From a virus, in the IMG/VR virus record IMGVR_UViG_3300050821_002122, positions 32,001 through 96,000 of that record: 64,000 nucleotides of DNA. The stretch is one strand, 5' to 3'. Shown here in pieces: positions 9,071 through 18,763 of the stretch (positions are counted from its first letter, which is position 1; each line of letters starts with the position of its first letter). The notes beneath the pieces were generated by a model that was not told the origin of the DNA, made no database searches, and was given only the letters and a program-made list of their open reading frames with translations. Position numbers and translations under genes: made by a program.

Positions 9071-9145
9071 CTATCTGGTTATTTTGTTGACCACATACGC
9101 TATGGCCACTATGAGGCCTAGGAACAACCATACCTTGATTAGCAT
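9071..9145 (-). CDS. Small hydrophobic peptide, 24 aa (MLIKVWLFLGLIVAIAYVVNKITR); not in ORF track
   Basis: Hand translation; TGATG coupling to stop of 9145..9945; ends just before terminator. Confidence 0.55.
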   Translation of the reverse strand: MLIKVWLFLGLIVAIAYVVNKITR

Positions 9146-9945
9146 CAGACCACCGTGAGCGTCAGTGCAACATTGGTCGTTTGGTTCAGCGAATCCGTGA
9201 CGACATAGTTGAATGTGTAATCAGCGGGTGGCGGTGCACCCAGACGGATAATTCGGATCGTGTTGAACTGCACACCACCCAACGGGGCCACCGAAGTGTA
9301 GGGCACCAACGTGGACTTGAAGAAGCCACCTGGTGGGTTCGATACCACATCGATACGCAAAGGATCGACATTGGTCGTACCTGCTTTGAACAGATCGACC
9401 CAGTTGAAGTCGATGAACGGGCACTGGGCTTCCAGATCAGCGACCTTAACACTAGCAGCCCAACGCAAGGTGCCAGACGTAACGACTGGTGGTGCGGTTG
9501 TTGGTGGGCTGGATACGTCTGCTGCCATGTTGACCTCCAGATTGGTGACCAATGTGCCCAGATAGTAGCGAGTACCCCAACCTTGCGTTGGCAATTGGTG
9601 ATGCGCACCCAAATAGCCGACATCATCGGTTGCAACGAAGGCCGAATAGCCGAGCCACGGACGTTCGCGCACTTCATCATCAGGATAGACGACAGCCATG
9701 TATTGACCGACACCGAAGCCGCTGCCATTGTCTACCTTTTGGGGCAACGTCACGCTGGTGATTGCGACTGAGCCTTCCAGCAGCGCGAACGACGTCTCCG
9801 TGCCCGTGAAGGTAGTAGCGTTGATGGCAAAGAAACCCTGCAGGTTGCCGTTACCACCGCACACCACTGGCAGAATGGTTTGCTTCGATGGTTGGCTCAA
9901 AGGGAGACCCAATTGGTTACTGGTCTGGAAATTAGAATAAGTCAT
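9145..9945 (-). CDS. Hypothetical beta-rich protein with Ig-like C-terminus, possibly virion
   Basis: C-terminal YTFNYVVTDSLNQTTNVALTLTVV resembles Ig/cadherin-like strands. Confidence 0.55.
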   Translation of the reverse strand: MTYSNFQTSNQLGLPLSQPSKQTILPVVCGGNGNLQGFFAINATTFTGTETSFALLEGSVAITSVTLPQKVDNGSGFGVGQYMAVVYPDDEVRERPWLGYSAFVATDDVGYLGAHHQLPTQGWGTRYYLGTLVTNLEVNMAADVSSPPTTAPPVVTSGTLRWAASVKVADLEAQCPFIDFNWVDLFKAGTTNVDPLRIDVVSNPPGGFFKSTLVPYTSVAPLGGVQFNTIRIIRLGAPPPADYTFNYVVTDSLNQTTNVALTLTVV

Positions 9946-10296
9946 TTAAGGCTCCGGTTGGACTATTACGAAAGAGAGTCGGGTGCCACTACAGGTTACG
10001 CCACACACGCATTGGCCTCCACTAGGATCGGCTTCAGCGATAACGGTAGGATCGGTCATTGGTTCGGTCAGAGCCGAATAGCCAATCACGGCCGCCTTCA
10101 ATATCACCTGCGTCGTCAGCATCTGTGCAGCGATTTCCTTATAGGGCAAGCTGAGGGCAACCACGCTGACCGTGTACAGCCCGCAGTATAGTGCATCGCC
10201 GGCAGGTACAAAATCCTGCCCGTTAAACACAAGATCGGTATCGGCAACATTTAAGGTGCCAGTACCATTGATAAGCTGTACCGTTAATTGGCTCAT
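9946..10296 (-). CDS. Hypothetical protein
   Basis: 116 aa, GAGGA RBS, abuts next gene. Confidence 0.65.
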   Translation of the reverse strand: MSQLTVQLINGTGTLNVADTDLVFNGQDFVPAGDALYCGLYTVSVVALSLPYKEIAAQMLTTQVILKAAVIGYSALTEPMTDPTVIAEADPSGGQCVCGVTCSGTRLSFVIVQPEP

Positions 10297-10317
10297 ACGA
10301 TCCTCATTAAATTGAAT

Positions 10318-11028
10318 TCATTTCTTCAGGCCAGCTATGGTCTTTTTGGAACTTCCCGCGATATAAAGGATTTCAAAGGTCTGCAACTTGTGTTGACTTG
10401 CCACCAACTCTACATTACCTTCTTTCTTATACTGCATAACGGCTTGACGCAGGGCACCACTCATCGGGTCCTTCATCATCTCTTTCAGTTCCCACAGCTT
10501 ATGGCTCGAATCTAATTTTGCCATCAGCTTGGAACGGGCTTCAACACCTGCGAGGTAACCGATTAGGAGCGCTGCTACTTCCTTGCGCAGATCATAAGGC
10601 GTTATCTTATAGATGGCTGCCTGCACATGATTCAAGAACGATGGTTTAGTTGCTGCGTTCACATAGTCATCCATCGTTGGTTCTTTACGAACCAAATGCC
10701 AGTCCTCTGGATTCTCCACCGCATATTCTAATGCGCGACGCATCGACTTTACGAGATCAGTTGGATCGAGTACCTTCACGTTGCAGGTCTTCAAACATGA
10801 CAGCGAGTCGCAGATGAAAAGAATCTGCCGAGCATAGGGTGACCGATAGCGGTGACAGAACGTAACCGAAGGCAAGATGATGGGCCACGCTGGTTGCTCT
10901 GCGCTCAGATGCCGTGACTTGCTTTTGGCTACCAGCGAATTGTCGACCATAGCGTGGCTAACACGAAGCAATTTCAACGCATGGGCAACCTCCAACGGAG
11001 AAGCCAATACACCATAGGCCTTTATCAC
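10318..11028 (-). CDS. Hypothetical protein (likely GTG start at 11028)
   Basis: GTGA overlap with the SbcC stop; ORF track start 11094 lies inside SbcC. Confidence 0.6.
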   Translation of the reverse strand: MIKAYGVLASPLEVAHALKLLRVSHAMVDNSLVAKSKSRHLSAEQPAWPIILPSVTFCHRYRSPYARQILFICDSLSCLKTCNVKVLDPTDLVKSMRRALEYAVENPEDWHLVRKEPTMDDYVNAATKPSFLNHVQAAIYKITPYDLRKEVAALLIGYLAGVEARSKLMAKLDSSHKLWELKEMMKDPMSGALRQAVMQYKKEGNVELVASQHKLQTFEILYIAGSSKKTIAGLKK

Positions 11029-13256
11029 AACTTGACGCTCTGCGGATGACCCTTCACCAGCTTTGCTTCCACCTTTGTTTTTACGACTGTCCATTCTTCA
11101 GCTCCTTCATATCGTTCTCCACTATCAGGAGTAATGATTATTATTGTGGGGAATATTTTGTTCAGCACTGGAATTAGGCGCTTAAACGATTCTGTCGTCT
11201 CTGGACTAAAATTCGCGGTCGGCTCATCCAAAAATAGAACGTTACACCGTTGACTTACTGGTCGGAAGGTCATCAGAGCCGCCATCAGTACCAAGGTGAA
11301 TAGTTTTGATTCAGCACCACTCAGTTTGCGCACATCAGAGGTCAACATCTTCTTACCGTGCTTGCGAGTCACCACTAAGGAGATTTGACTTCTGTCCCAG
11401 CTAAAGCTGAACTCAAAATCCTCAGGGAAGACCACACGAGCATACTTATTGACCTCCACCATCAGGCGCTTACTGATCGCCTGTATAGCCATTTTCTTTA
11501 CAGCTTTGTCGGAGTAACCGTCGACCAGAAGCTTCAGCGCTTCTTCGTCTTTCAATTCCTCTCGCATCTCAGTCAAGCGTTCTTTAAGACGCTTGTAGGT
11601 CTGCATCGCCTCACGACCAATAGCATACTTGGTCTTCAGGTTCGACAATTTGTCCTGTAACTCATTTATCTTTGCCTGCAACTTCGGACCGATTGAAGCA
11701 GCACCGCGTTGCTTAGCAGTCAGCTTACCCAGATCGATGATGGTCTCAAGGTTAGGATGAATGAATGTCAACAGGCTAATACGGTCACGATCCTCAGTGA
11801 CCATACGTTCTAGAACCTGCACCTCCAATTTCTTACCTTCAAACTTTTCTGGTTCGTCCGGTAGATTCTTGATCTCATCGAACGCCTCCATGTAGCGCGT
11901 ACTCTTGTCCATCGCAGCATTGAGGGCATCGATCTCTGATTCCTTTAACTCCTTACGAGCCTTCTTGTACTCCTCTATCGCAGTCTCGTATTCAGCGTAG
12001 GCATCGCATGCTTCGACCTCAGCTTCCAGTGTCTCTATCTTGTGCCTAAGTTTCTTGGGGCTCTTTACCGTAACATCCTGCCCGCAGGTTTCGCATTGAC
12101 CAGTCTTGAATTTCTTGGCATGGTCATACTGATGCTCAAGTGATTCGATTCGAGATTTCAGTTCCTTGCGACTGGTCTTAAGTTCATCAACTGCCTCAGG
12201 CTTACCAGATGCTACTATCTTGGTGGCCCATTTGAAGTTCTGATCTGCGGTGTGCCATTGTTCCTCCAAGCCACGGCGATCAGCGTAGAATGTTTTACAC
12301 AGTTTCGTGGCCTTACGCACACCATGTTTCGCAACTAACTTGGCTGCATCTTTGCCGAGGGAAGCCAAAGCCTTATCGTAACGACGAGTATCTTTCTGAT
12401 GCTGTTCCCAAGCACGGGCTTCCTCAAGGTCCTTCTTGTTGGTCCGAAGGTTCCACTTTGCGGTAGTCATCAACTCATCGAACGAGTCTACAGATATGTC
12501 ACCGGCAATACGACTGAACTCGGCGATCTGAGCAGCAGCGGACTTCTCAAATGCCAACAGTCGGCATATATCTTGAAGGCGCGTACTCTTTTCGTGCAGT
12601 GCCTCTAGTTCCTCAGCTGTGGCAGCTACCTTCGCCTTTAACTCACGGAGGTCTAGACCATCAACCTTATCCTTAGCGCGTGAATACTCTGCCTTCAGTT
12701 CAGTAAAGGCAGCACGCACCTTAGCGAGCTTAGACAGCTCAGCCAAGAAGAGGCGACGTTCGGTATCGATCTTATCCAAACCAAAGAAGGATGTGAAGAA
12801 CTTCTTACGTGCAGTTGAGTTACCCATAACCAGAGGATGCGGCACGCGAGCATCCGAATGCACATAGGTGTTGAAGTCCTCAATTGAGATAGGTAGCTTC
12901 TTGTCCAACCACTTCCGGGCCATCGGTTTAGTACGGAACCGCGATTTACCACCCTTCATGATTTTGAGGCCTGTACCAGACCGCTGAATATTGAAAGTCG
13001 TATCGCCGGCAGTCACATTTAGCAAGCGGGTACCTGTCTTCAAGGCATCCTGTTTCGTGCCAACCATAGGTTCGTCGAACAGGATTTCTCCCACTTGGCT
13101 GAAGAATGCGGATTTACCAGCACCGTTACCGTTACTCTTGCTTTTGCCGCCAGCAAGGTTCAAGCCGTAGATCGCAGAGACTCCAGGCTTAAAGTCGAAC
13201 TTTACGTCCTTGAAAAGCAAAGGACCTTTCAATCGGATTGAATTAAGTTTCAGCAT
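11025..13256 (-). CDS. sbcC: Rad50/SbcC/gp46-like SMC ATPase
   Basis: Walker A NGAGKS, central zinc hook CETC, coiled coils, signature LSGAE, Walker B LFLDEPT. Confidence 0.9.
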   Translation of the reverse strand: MLKLNSIRLKGPLLFKDVKFDFKPGVSAIYGLNLAGGKSKSNGNGAGKSAFFSQVGEILFDEPMVGTKQDALKTGTRLLNVTAGDTTFNIQRSGTGLKIMKGGKSRFRTKPMARKWLDKKLPISIEDFNTYVHSDARVPHPLVMGNSTARKKFFTSFFGLDKIDTERRLFLAELSKLAKVRAAFTELKAEYSRAKDKVDGLDLRELKAKVAATAEELEALHEKSTRLQDICRLLAFEKSAAAQIAEFSRIAGDISVDSFDELMTTAKWNLRTNKKDLEEARAWEQHQKDTRRYDKALASLGKDAAKLVAKHGVRKATKLCKTFYADRRGLEEQWHTADQNFKWATKIVASGKPEAVDELKTSRKELKSRIESLEHQYDHAKKFKTGQCETCGQDVTVKSPKKLRHKIETLEAEVEACDAYAEYETAIEEYKKARKELKESEIDALNAAMDKSTRYMEAFDEIKNLPDEPEKFEGKKLEVQVLERMVTEDRDRISLLTFIHPNLETIIDLGKLTAKQRGAASIGPKLQAKINELQDKLSNLKTKYAIGREAMQTYKRLKERLTEMREELKDEEALKLLVDGYSDKAVKKMAIQAISKRLMVEVNKYARVVFPEDFEFSFSWDRSQISLVVTRKHGKKMLTSDVRKLSGAESKLFTLVLMAALMTFRPVSQRCNVLFLDEPTANFSPETTESFKRLIPVLNKIFPTIIIITPDSGERYEGAEEWTVVKTKVEAKLVKGHPQSVKL

Positions 13257-13509
13257 ACTTGATGGTGTAGAACATGAAGGCGTTGCGAACGTCGTTTATC
13301 GCTGGCTGAAGAAAATGATTCAGGAAACTACTACCAGCTGCTGGAGTCTCATCTTCCTCGTAAGAAATGAAAGTCATCTCCATCATGAGTTTATCTTTGC
13401 CCATGTTGACCCATACTTCAGTGTGCCCGTCACAGGTAACCCTACCTCTTAAAGGTACGGAGTCATATGGCAATGTCAGCTTGCCTTTACACTCGAATTT
13501 GGTAATCAT
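13243..13509 (-). CDS. Hypothetical protein
   Basis: 88 aa, overlaps neighbours. Confidence 0.6.
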   Translation of the reverse strand: MITKFECKGKLTLPYDSVPLRGRVTCDGHTEVWVNMGKDKLMMEMTFISYEEDETPAAGSSFLNHFLQPAINDVRNAFMFYTIKYAET

Positions 13510-14591
13510 TTTGGATACAGCTCCTTAATGAGACGATACAGACGCAGACTCAATACCTCTTCCACTGGTGCGGCGAATTGCGTGATTTGAATCTTGGCCT
13601 CGATAAGGCTCGCGTTAGTGGCTGCCAGAGTACCCAGCGTAATTCCCTTGGCTTTGGCCATCAACTCCTTTGCAGTCTTCGATGGCCAGACCTTAGGATG
13701 CCGCTTGCCGTCCAGAGCCGCAGTGTTGAGCAAGTAAGTATTGGCCCACAGTAGTTTGTTCACGAAGGTAAACGATTCTTGGATGTCCAGCAGACTACGC
13801 TGAACGATCTTGAACTTACCTTCGTAGACAGCAAGCATGACTTCAACCGCAAGAACCTCATCGGAGTTCTCGGTGGATGCCAAGACGACGCTTAGGTCAT
13901 CTTTCGTCAGCATCTTCGGTTTCTTTTCTAGACCGTCATAGTACTGCTGTGCTGCCTCGACTAGGTTCGCAGTCGTTCGCATTTCGGTAGCGCCCTCAAC
14001 CAACATCTTCAGCAGCTTATTTTCGTCATCCATGATGTACGACATTTTCTCTGCCTTGGCAATGCGATACGCCTGTTTTAGCAAATCTTTTGGCGTATGT
14101 GGCGACAGAATGATCTGCGAGCACCTGTTGATTATAGCTCGACCCAGCTGCGTCGATTGGAACTTAGCAGGGTCCATACTGCACACGATAAAGGTCGTGT
14201 TCTTTGGCGCGTCTTCCAGCATTTTCAGAATCGCGTTTCCTGCAACTGGATTACCCAGCAGACCATGTGCCTCATCGATGCAGATAATGCGTCGCTTCAA
14301 CTGCGGTCTAAACTTTGCCGTCTGCTGCATCTGCCGGATATCATCGATGGAGCGGTCCACCGATGCGTTTATTTCGATATAATCGCGACTCTCACCGATG
14401 TCTTTCAGCCCGTTGATGGCTGCTGCTAAGGCCCGGCTGAACGTGGTTTTACCAGCCGATGTAGGACCAAAAAATGCAATCGCACTCGGTATATTTCCAG
14501 AGGTCACCATACCACGCAGCCGTGTTACTGCTGCCTCATGACCGATGATGCGCTCAAGGTTACGTGGGCGATATTTTGTGTGAAAGCTCAT
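13506..14591 (-). CDS. dnaX: Clamp loader subunit, DnaX (gamma/tau)-like
   Basis: KYRP..L..IIGHE, GPTSAGKT, IDEAHGL, NRC (SRC) motif; start set at ATG 14591 by ATGA overlap. Confidence 0.85.
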   Translation of the reverse strand: MSFHTKYRPRNLERIIGHEAAVTRLRGMVTSGNIPSAIAFFGPTSAGKTTFSRALAAAINGLKDIGESRDYIEINASVDRSIDDIRQMQQTAKFRPQLKRRIICIDEAHGLLGNPVAGNAILKMLEDAPKNTTFIVCSMDPAKFQSTQLGRAIINRCSQIILSPHTPKDLLKQAYRIAKAEKMSYIMDDENKLLKMLVEGATEMRTTANLVEAAQQYYDGLEKKPKMLTKDDLSVVLASTENSDEVLAVEVMLAVYEGKFKIVQRSLLDIQESFTFVNKLLWANTYLLNTAALDGKRHPKVWPSKTAKELMAKAKGITLGTLAATNASLIEAKIQITQFAAPVEEVLSLRLYRLIKELYPK

Positions 14592-14884
14592 GCTAGTGAT
14601 TTCCAATTGTGCAGTGAATTGACGCCGTTGCTAAGAACGTCCCTCGCTACTTGATTTATGTGAGAAGAGATTCGGTGATCACCATCAATCACCGAACGAT
14701 TAGCTGTGTAGAAGCCTGTCATGATCTGATGACCACGCAACCGAGCGGTGGCATATACGCTGTCATTGCTGACTGTCAAAGTGATTTCGATTCCATCGTG
14801 TATCTGTCTGTAGGAACCAGAGTCTTTGTACTCTGGTAGCTCGTAACCACAGTGCAATATCTTACTCAACCACTTTGGCATCAT
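14588..14884 (-). CDS. Hypothetical protein
   Basis: 98 aa, GGAG RBS. Confidence 0.6.
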   Translation of the reverse strand: MMPKWLSKILHCGYELPEYKDSGSYRQIHDGIEITLTVSNDSVYATARLRGHQIMTGFYTANRSVIDGDHRISSHINQVARDVLSNGVNSLHNWKSLA

Positions 14885-14890
14885 AAGCTC

Positions 14891-15109
14891 CTATTTCTTT
14901 TTGGCGGCCCAGCTTTCGACCTCGGCCTTCACGTACTTGCGGCAGCGCTTGGATGCCGATTCGTACAGTTCATCCAAGACCTCCTTATGGTCATCGTCTT
15001 TTCCAACCTCAGCAGTCTCTGTCACCGTGATGGTCGATGGGTTGTATTGTGGCTCTTGGATGGTCTTAGTAACCACCACGCTCACGGTTTTTCTTTTCGT
15101 ACTAGGCAT
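14891..15109 (-). CDS. Hypothetical protein (72 aa)
   Basis: AAGGAG RBS before ATG 15109. Confidence 0.65.
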   Translation of the reverse strand: MPSTKRKTVSVVVTKTIQEPQYNPSTITVTETAEVGKDDDHKEVLDELYESASKRCRKYVKAEVESWAAKKK

Positions 15110-15294
15110 AGCTTCTCCTTTGGATTGTATTGAACGATGTTGCCCCACTTGTTGACGTAGACCACATCGTCTTCGTGATTGTATGCGACGTCACCATGAT
15201 TGGGTAGCTTCTTTACAGTAGGTACTGCACCAGCCCTGAAGCTACGAAGTAGTGGACGTTTACCGAACCAGTCAAACATACTCAGCCATTTCAT
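15082..15294 (-). CDS. Hypothetical protein (70 aa)
   Basis: AGGAGG RBS; ACAGTAAATA motif 18 nt upstream. Confidence 0.6.
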   Translation of the reverse strand: MKWLSMFDWFGKRPLLRSFRAGAVPTVKKLPNHGDVAYNHEDDVVYVNKWGNIVQYNPKEKLCLVRKEKP

Positions 15295-15312
15295 GATGAC
15301 CTCCTTTGTCTT

Positions 15313-15322
15313 TATTTACTGT
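15313..15322 (-). promoter_or_regulatory. ACAGTAAATA motif (class A)
   Basis: Overlaps the Cas4-like stop; heads the dnaX/sbcC run. Confidence 0.6.
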
Positions 15323-16173
15323 AGTTCACTTAGAGGCAGTCTATGTGCCTCCTTCCCCTTCTGGTACGCTTTCCTAATCTGGGTCTTCAAGCTGATATCG
15401 AGCTTGCAGGTGCGACAGTATGGATTCTTACAGCGACCATAACGAGCCAATGCGATTGCTTCATTAGCTGTTGCAACTGCCAGCACCTCTTTCAACATCC
15501 GCTTGTAGCCCTTCATTTCCTTCTTGGCTTTGGCGAAGTCATCATCGTCCATTTCCTTGATCCATACCTTGGGCTCCGTGGGATTATCGCGCTTGATAAA
15601 CATCAGCATCACACCCGCAACACGAATACCATACTGTAGCCATAACATCAATGCGTAAGCACGTACTTGCGCTTTGTAGACAGGACCAGGATTCTTCTCT
15701 TTATAGATGATGCCTTTGACCGATGAAGTCTTGAAGTCCACAATCCAGTACCGACCTTCGCTGTCTTGAAACACAGCATCAATATGACCAATCACTCCTT
15801 TGTGATTGATCGATATCTCATGGTAGTCCATATCGAAGTCGCAGCATTCGTGGCGTGTCGTCAACTCATGCCGCTTACCGCACTGCCGACACTGCCATGT
15901 TGCCAAGAAACGACCACTCGTACCCAAATACTTCTGAACCACTGAGTGAACTGCTGTGCCAACTTCCATGTAGAAACTGCTGACCATGTCAGTCATACGG
16001 AGCGCACCAAACGTGGCAGCGCTGATAAACACACCTACGGGGCATATCGGTAGCTGCGATGGCCTTACAAACTTGATTCGGTTAATGTCGCCCTTAGATA
16101 TCAAATGCTTTTCGGATGATTCCTTATAGACAGCCAGCAGCTCTCTTACCACTTGTTTAGTTTTCATTGGCAT
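15316..16173 (-). CDS. Cas4-like PD-(D/E)XK exonuclease
   Basis: RPSQLPICP, GTAVH, GHIDAV..IVDFKT, QVRAY, C-terminal CKNPYCRTC; start 16173 or 16167 more likely than 16197. Confidence 0.8.
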   Translation of the reverse strand: MPMKTKQVVRELLAVYKESSEKHLISKGDINRIKFVRPSQLPICPVGVFISAATFGALRMTDMVSSFYMEVGTAVHSVVQKYLGTSGRFLATWQCRQCGKRHELTTRHECCDFDMDYHEISINHKGVIGHIDAVFQDSEGRYWIVDFKTSSVKGIIYKEKNPGPVYKAQVRAYALMLWLQYGIRVAGVMLMFIKRDNPTEPKVWIKEMDDDDFAKAKKEMKGYKRMLKEVLAVATANEAIALARYGRCKNPYCRTCKLDISLKTQIRKAYQKGKEAHRLPLSELQ

Positions 16174-16181
16174 CAATTTTA
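16174..16181 (+). promoter_or_regulatory. CAATTTTA motif (candidate promoter class B)
   Basis: Same 8-mer at 30, 23983 and 63277 (- strand), each shortly upstream of a start. Confidence 0.5.
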
Positions 16182-16207
16182 TGAGGAATTCATTCAAGGG
16201 GAACTAC

Positions 16208-18763
16208 GTGAACAGCCAGCTTACTACCTTCGGGGTCACATTATTTAACGCAAGTCCTACACCGCCTTTTTTGTCAGCGTTCAAGCTGGCAACTGATTAC
16301 AATTTTTTGCCGCAAGAGAGCGATACCGATGTTCACGGCGCTGTGGTGGGTCCAGTCGGTGGCATTCCTTCTGCACCGGAGATTGTCAATGGTAATTTGG
16401 TCAAATACTCTGTCTACCTGGACTTTAGCGTAGGCGATTTTGACTTTGGTAACATCGGACTTTTTCTTGGAAATAATCTGGTATCGCTGAGCGCATCAAC
16501 GACTCCTATCCCTAAAATTGCAGGCGGCATCTCTGGCAATAGCCTGCGCGTTGACATCTACCTATCGATGGTAGGCACAAATTACGAGATGTGGGCAGAT
16601 TTGGCGGAATCCAACAATAGGTTTCAGGTGGCGCGTTTATCCTCGCCTGATCTGATGCCGCCTGCAAAGGACTCGACGCCAAACATGTATGTCATTGCTG
16701 GTGCTGACACCACGCAGAGCAGCATATTGGCATACACCGACCGTGAGTCGTTGTGGAATTTCGACGCTTACCAATTCAGTTCGGTACTGAGTGCACCAAT
16801 CGTTGGTTTCGACAGCACTTCGGTCACGATAGCAACAGCCGACTTCTCCGACGATATTAATCCGGCGTACCTCGGTCAGGTCATTTTGCAGTTCACTACT
16901 GGCACGTTGTACTCGATTTGCCGTTATGTCAGCCACGCAATCCAAAACGGGTCGACCGTAACGTTGGTATTCGTTACTGCGCTTACCGAGACACCGATCG
17001 TCAACGACAAATTCCAAGTCTTCCGCCGCAACGCAGGATCAGTTGAGACTCCGTTGCCAATAGCTACCGCAACCACACTAGGTGGCATCAAGATCGGTAC
17101 TGGTCTGGTGGTCACCCCTGATGGCCTGTGTTCGATTGATCCATCACTGCTAGGCACAGTGACCTCTGTAAATGGTCAGACCGGTACTGTTACAGTCAAT
17201 GCTACCAATCTGCCTGGTCTTTCGGCTGTTGGTAAAAGCGGTCTCTACAGTGATTTGATCGGGGCACCACCAGCGTATGTGTTGCCTCCTATGTCGACCA
17301 GCGTTCGCGGTGGCGCTCGCATTGGCCCATCGGGTAATCTGACCATCTTCGGCATAGATCAACTCGATTTGAGCTTCCAACCAGTCAAGTCAGTCAACGG
17401 TAATTTACCAGATGGCAATGGTCTGGTGACTGTGGCATTGAACGACATTGGTCTCGTGAATCCGCAGGCTCTGCCCACGACGGTCAATCTTGATGCCTAT
17501 ACCACGACTGGACTATTTACTGTGTCGGCTGCTATAGCCCCAAGCTTGGTGAACGCCCCAACAACGAACGATGCGGCTACTTTGGAAGTCGTACCCCTGT
17601 CGGTTACCGGTACTGGTGATTCGATTCAACGTTGGACTACTGCCACTGCTCAGTACTGGCGCAAGTCCACGAGTGGCACGTGGGGTGCATGGAATCAAGC
17701 AGCAGCTTTGAACATAGCAACTACCTCCACGTTGGGTGTCGTTAAAATCGGTAGCGGTTTAGCTATAGCCGTTGATGGTACTCTGACCAATGCATACAAC
17801 CTGCCGGTGGCTACCACATCGCTGCTAGGTGGCGTGCGCGTTGGTGTCGGTCTGACCGTCGATTCTTTCGGCACCATAAGCACTACCAATATCCTGCCTA
17901 TTGCTACTGCAACGGTATTAGGTGGTATAAAAGTTGGCAGCGGTCTTGCTGTTACTACGGATGGGACATTGAGCGTGAGCCTTCCCATTGCATCCATCAC
18001 GACTTTGGGTGTTATCAAGGTTGGTAGCGGATTAGCAATAGCAGGCGACGGTACGTTGAGCGCAAATTCGACATTGCCAACGGCCTCCGCATCGACCTTG
18101 GGTGGCATCAAGATAGGTCCCGGTCTCAGCATCGATAGCAACGGAGTGGTCACTGCATCAACGACCTATACGTTGCCCATAGCGTCGGCCTCTATATTAG
18201 GTGGTATCAAAATCGGTAGCGGGTTGAGCATCGCTGGCGATGGTACGGTATCTGCGTCGTCAACCTACAATCTGCCGATAGCTAGTTCTGTAGTATTGGG
18301 TGGCGTGAAAGTGGGTAGTGGTTTGTCAGTTGCAGGTGATGGTACATTGTCTACCTCTGTTGACCCCAACAACAAGCTGAACGTCATCAGCGGTACTGCA
18401 CAAGGCCTGATGCTCAAGGTTAACGCAATGGGTGTCGTATCGTCGGCTATTAATGGCAGCATGACTACCGCCAACGTACAATCAGCTACCTTCACTGGTG
18501 GTGCCGTAACATGGACGTTGAGTGGATTTGTGGCCAATTCCTATGGTGAGATAGAGTTCTTCTTGACCAACGCAGGACTAGCAACCCACACGTTCCCATC
18601 GGCTGTACACTGGGTGAATCCTGATGGAACCACAACAACCAGCTTTACTACTTACATCGGCAATTTGCGTAGCGGTGCCACGAACTTCCAAACTTCAGGT
18701 ATTGACTTCGTTATCTTCTGGTCGATTGACGGCGGTACTAACATCTACGCGAAGGTGCTGTAA
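16208..18763 (+). CDS. Tail fibre A1 (DUF3751-like baseplate-binding N-terminus, repeat shaft)
   Basis: N-terminal GDFDFGNIGLF motif; repeated LPIAT..TLGGIKIGSGL...DGTL units; C-terminal WSIDGGTNIYAKVL; GTG start with AAGGGG RBS. Confidence 0.8.
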   Translation: MNSQLTTFGVTLFNASPTPPFLSAFKLATDYNFLPQESDTDVHGAVVGPVGGIPSAPEIVNGNLVKYSVYLDFSVGDFDFGNIGLFLGNNLVSLSASTTPIPKIAGGISGNSLRVDIYLSMVGTNYEMWADLAESNNRFQVARLSSPDLMPPAKDSTPNMYVIAGADTTQSSILAYTDRESLWNFDAYQFSSVLSAPIVGFDSTSVTIATADFSDDINPAYLGQVILQFTTGTLYSICRYVSHAIQNGSTVTLVFVTALTETPIVNDKFQVFRRNAGSVETPLPIATATTLGGIKIGTGLVVTPDGLCSIDPSLLGTVTSVNGQTGTVTVNATNLPGLSAVGKSGLYSDLIGAPPAYVLPPMSTSVRGGARIGPSGNLTIFGIDQLDLSFQPVKSVNGNLPDGNGLVTVALNDIGLVNPQALPTTVNLDAYTTTGLFTVSAAIAPSLVNAPTTNDAATLEVVPLSVTGTGDSIQRWTTATAQYWRKSTSGTWGAWNQAAALNIATTSTLGVVKIGSGLAIAVDGTLTNAYNLPVATTSLLGGVRVGVGLTVDSFGTISTTNILPIATATVLGGIKVGSGLAVTTDGTLSVSLPIASITTLGVIKVGSGLAIAGDGTLSANSTLPTASASTLGGIKIGPGLSIDSNGVVTASTTYTLPIASASILGGIKIGSGLSIAGDGTVSASSTYNLPIASSVVLGGVKVGSGLSVAGDGTLSTSVDPNNKLNVISGTAQGLMLKVNAMGVVSSAINGSMTTANVQSATFTGGAVTWTLSGFVANSYGEIEFFLTNAGLATHTFPSAVHWVNPDGTTTTSFTTYIGNLRSGATNFQTSGIDFVIFWSIDGGTNIYAKVL
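17196..17254 (+). repeat. 59-nt exact direct repeat, copy 1 (copy 2 at 20630-20688)
   Basis: TCAATGCTACC...CTCTACAGTGAT identical in fibres A1 and A2. Confidence 0.9.

Noticed and set aside
15316-16173. CRISPR-Cas locus
   Set aside because: Only a solo Cas4-like gene; no repeat-spacer array or other cas genes seen
16181-16197. Apparent head-to-head overlap of the Cas4-like and fibre A1 ORFs
   Set aside because: Artefact of longest-ORF calling; starts at 16173/16167 and 16208 remove it
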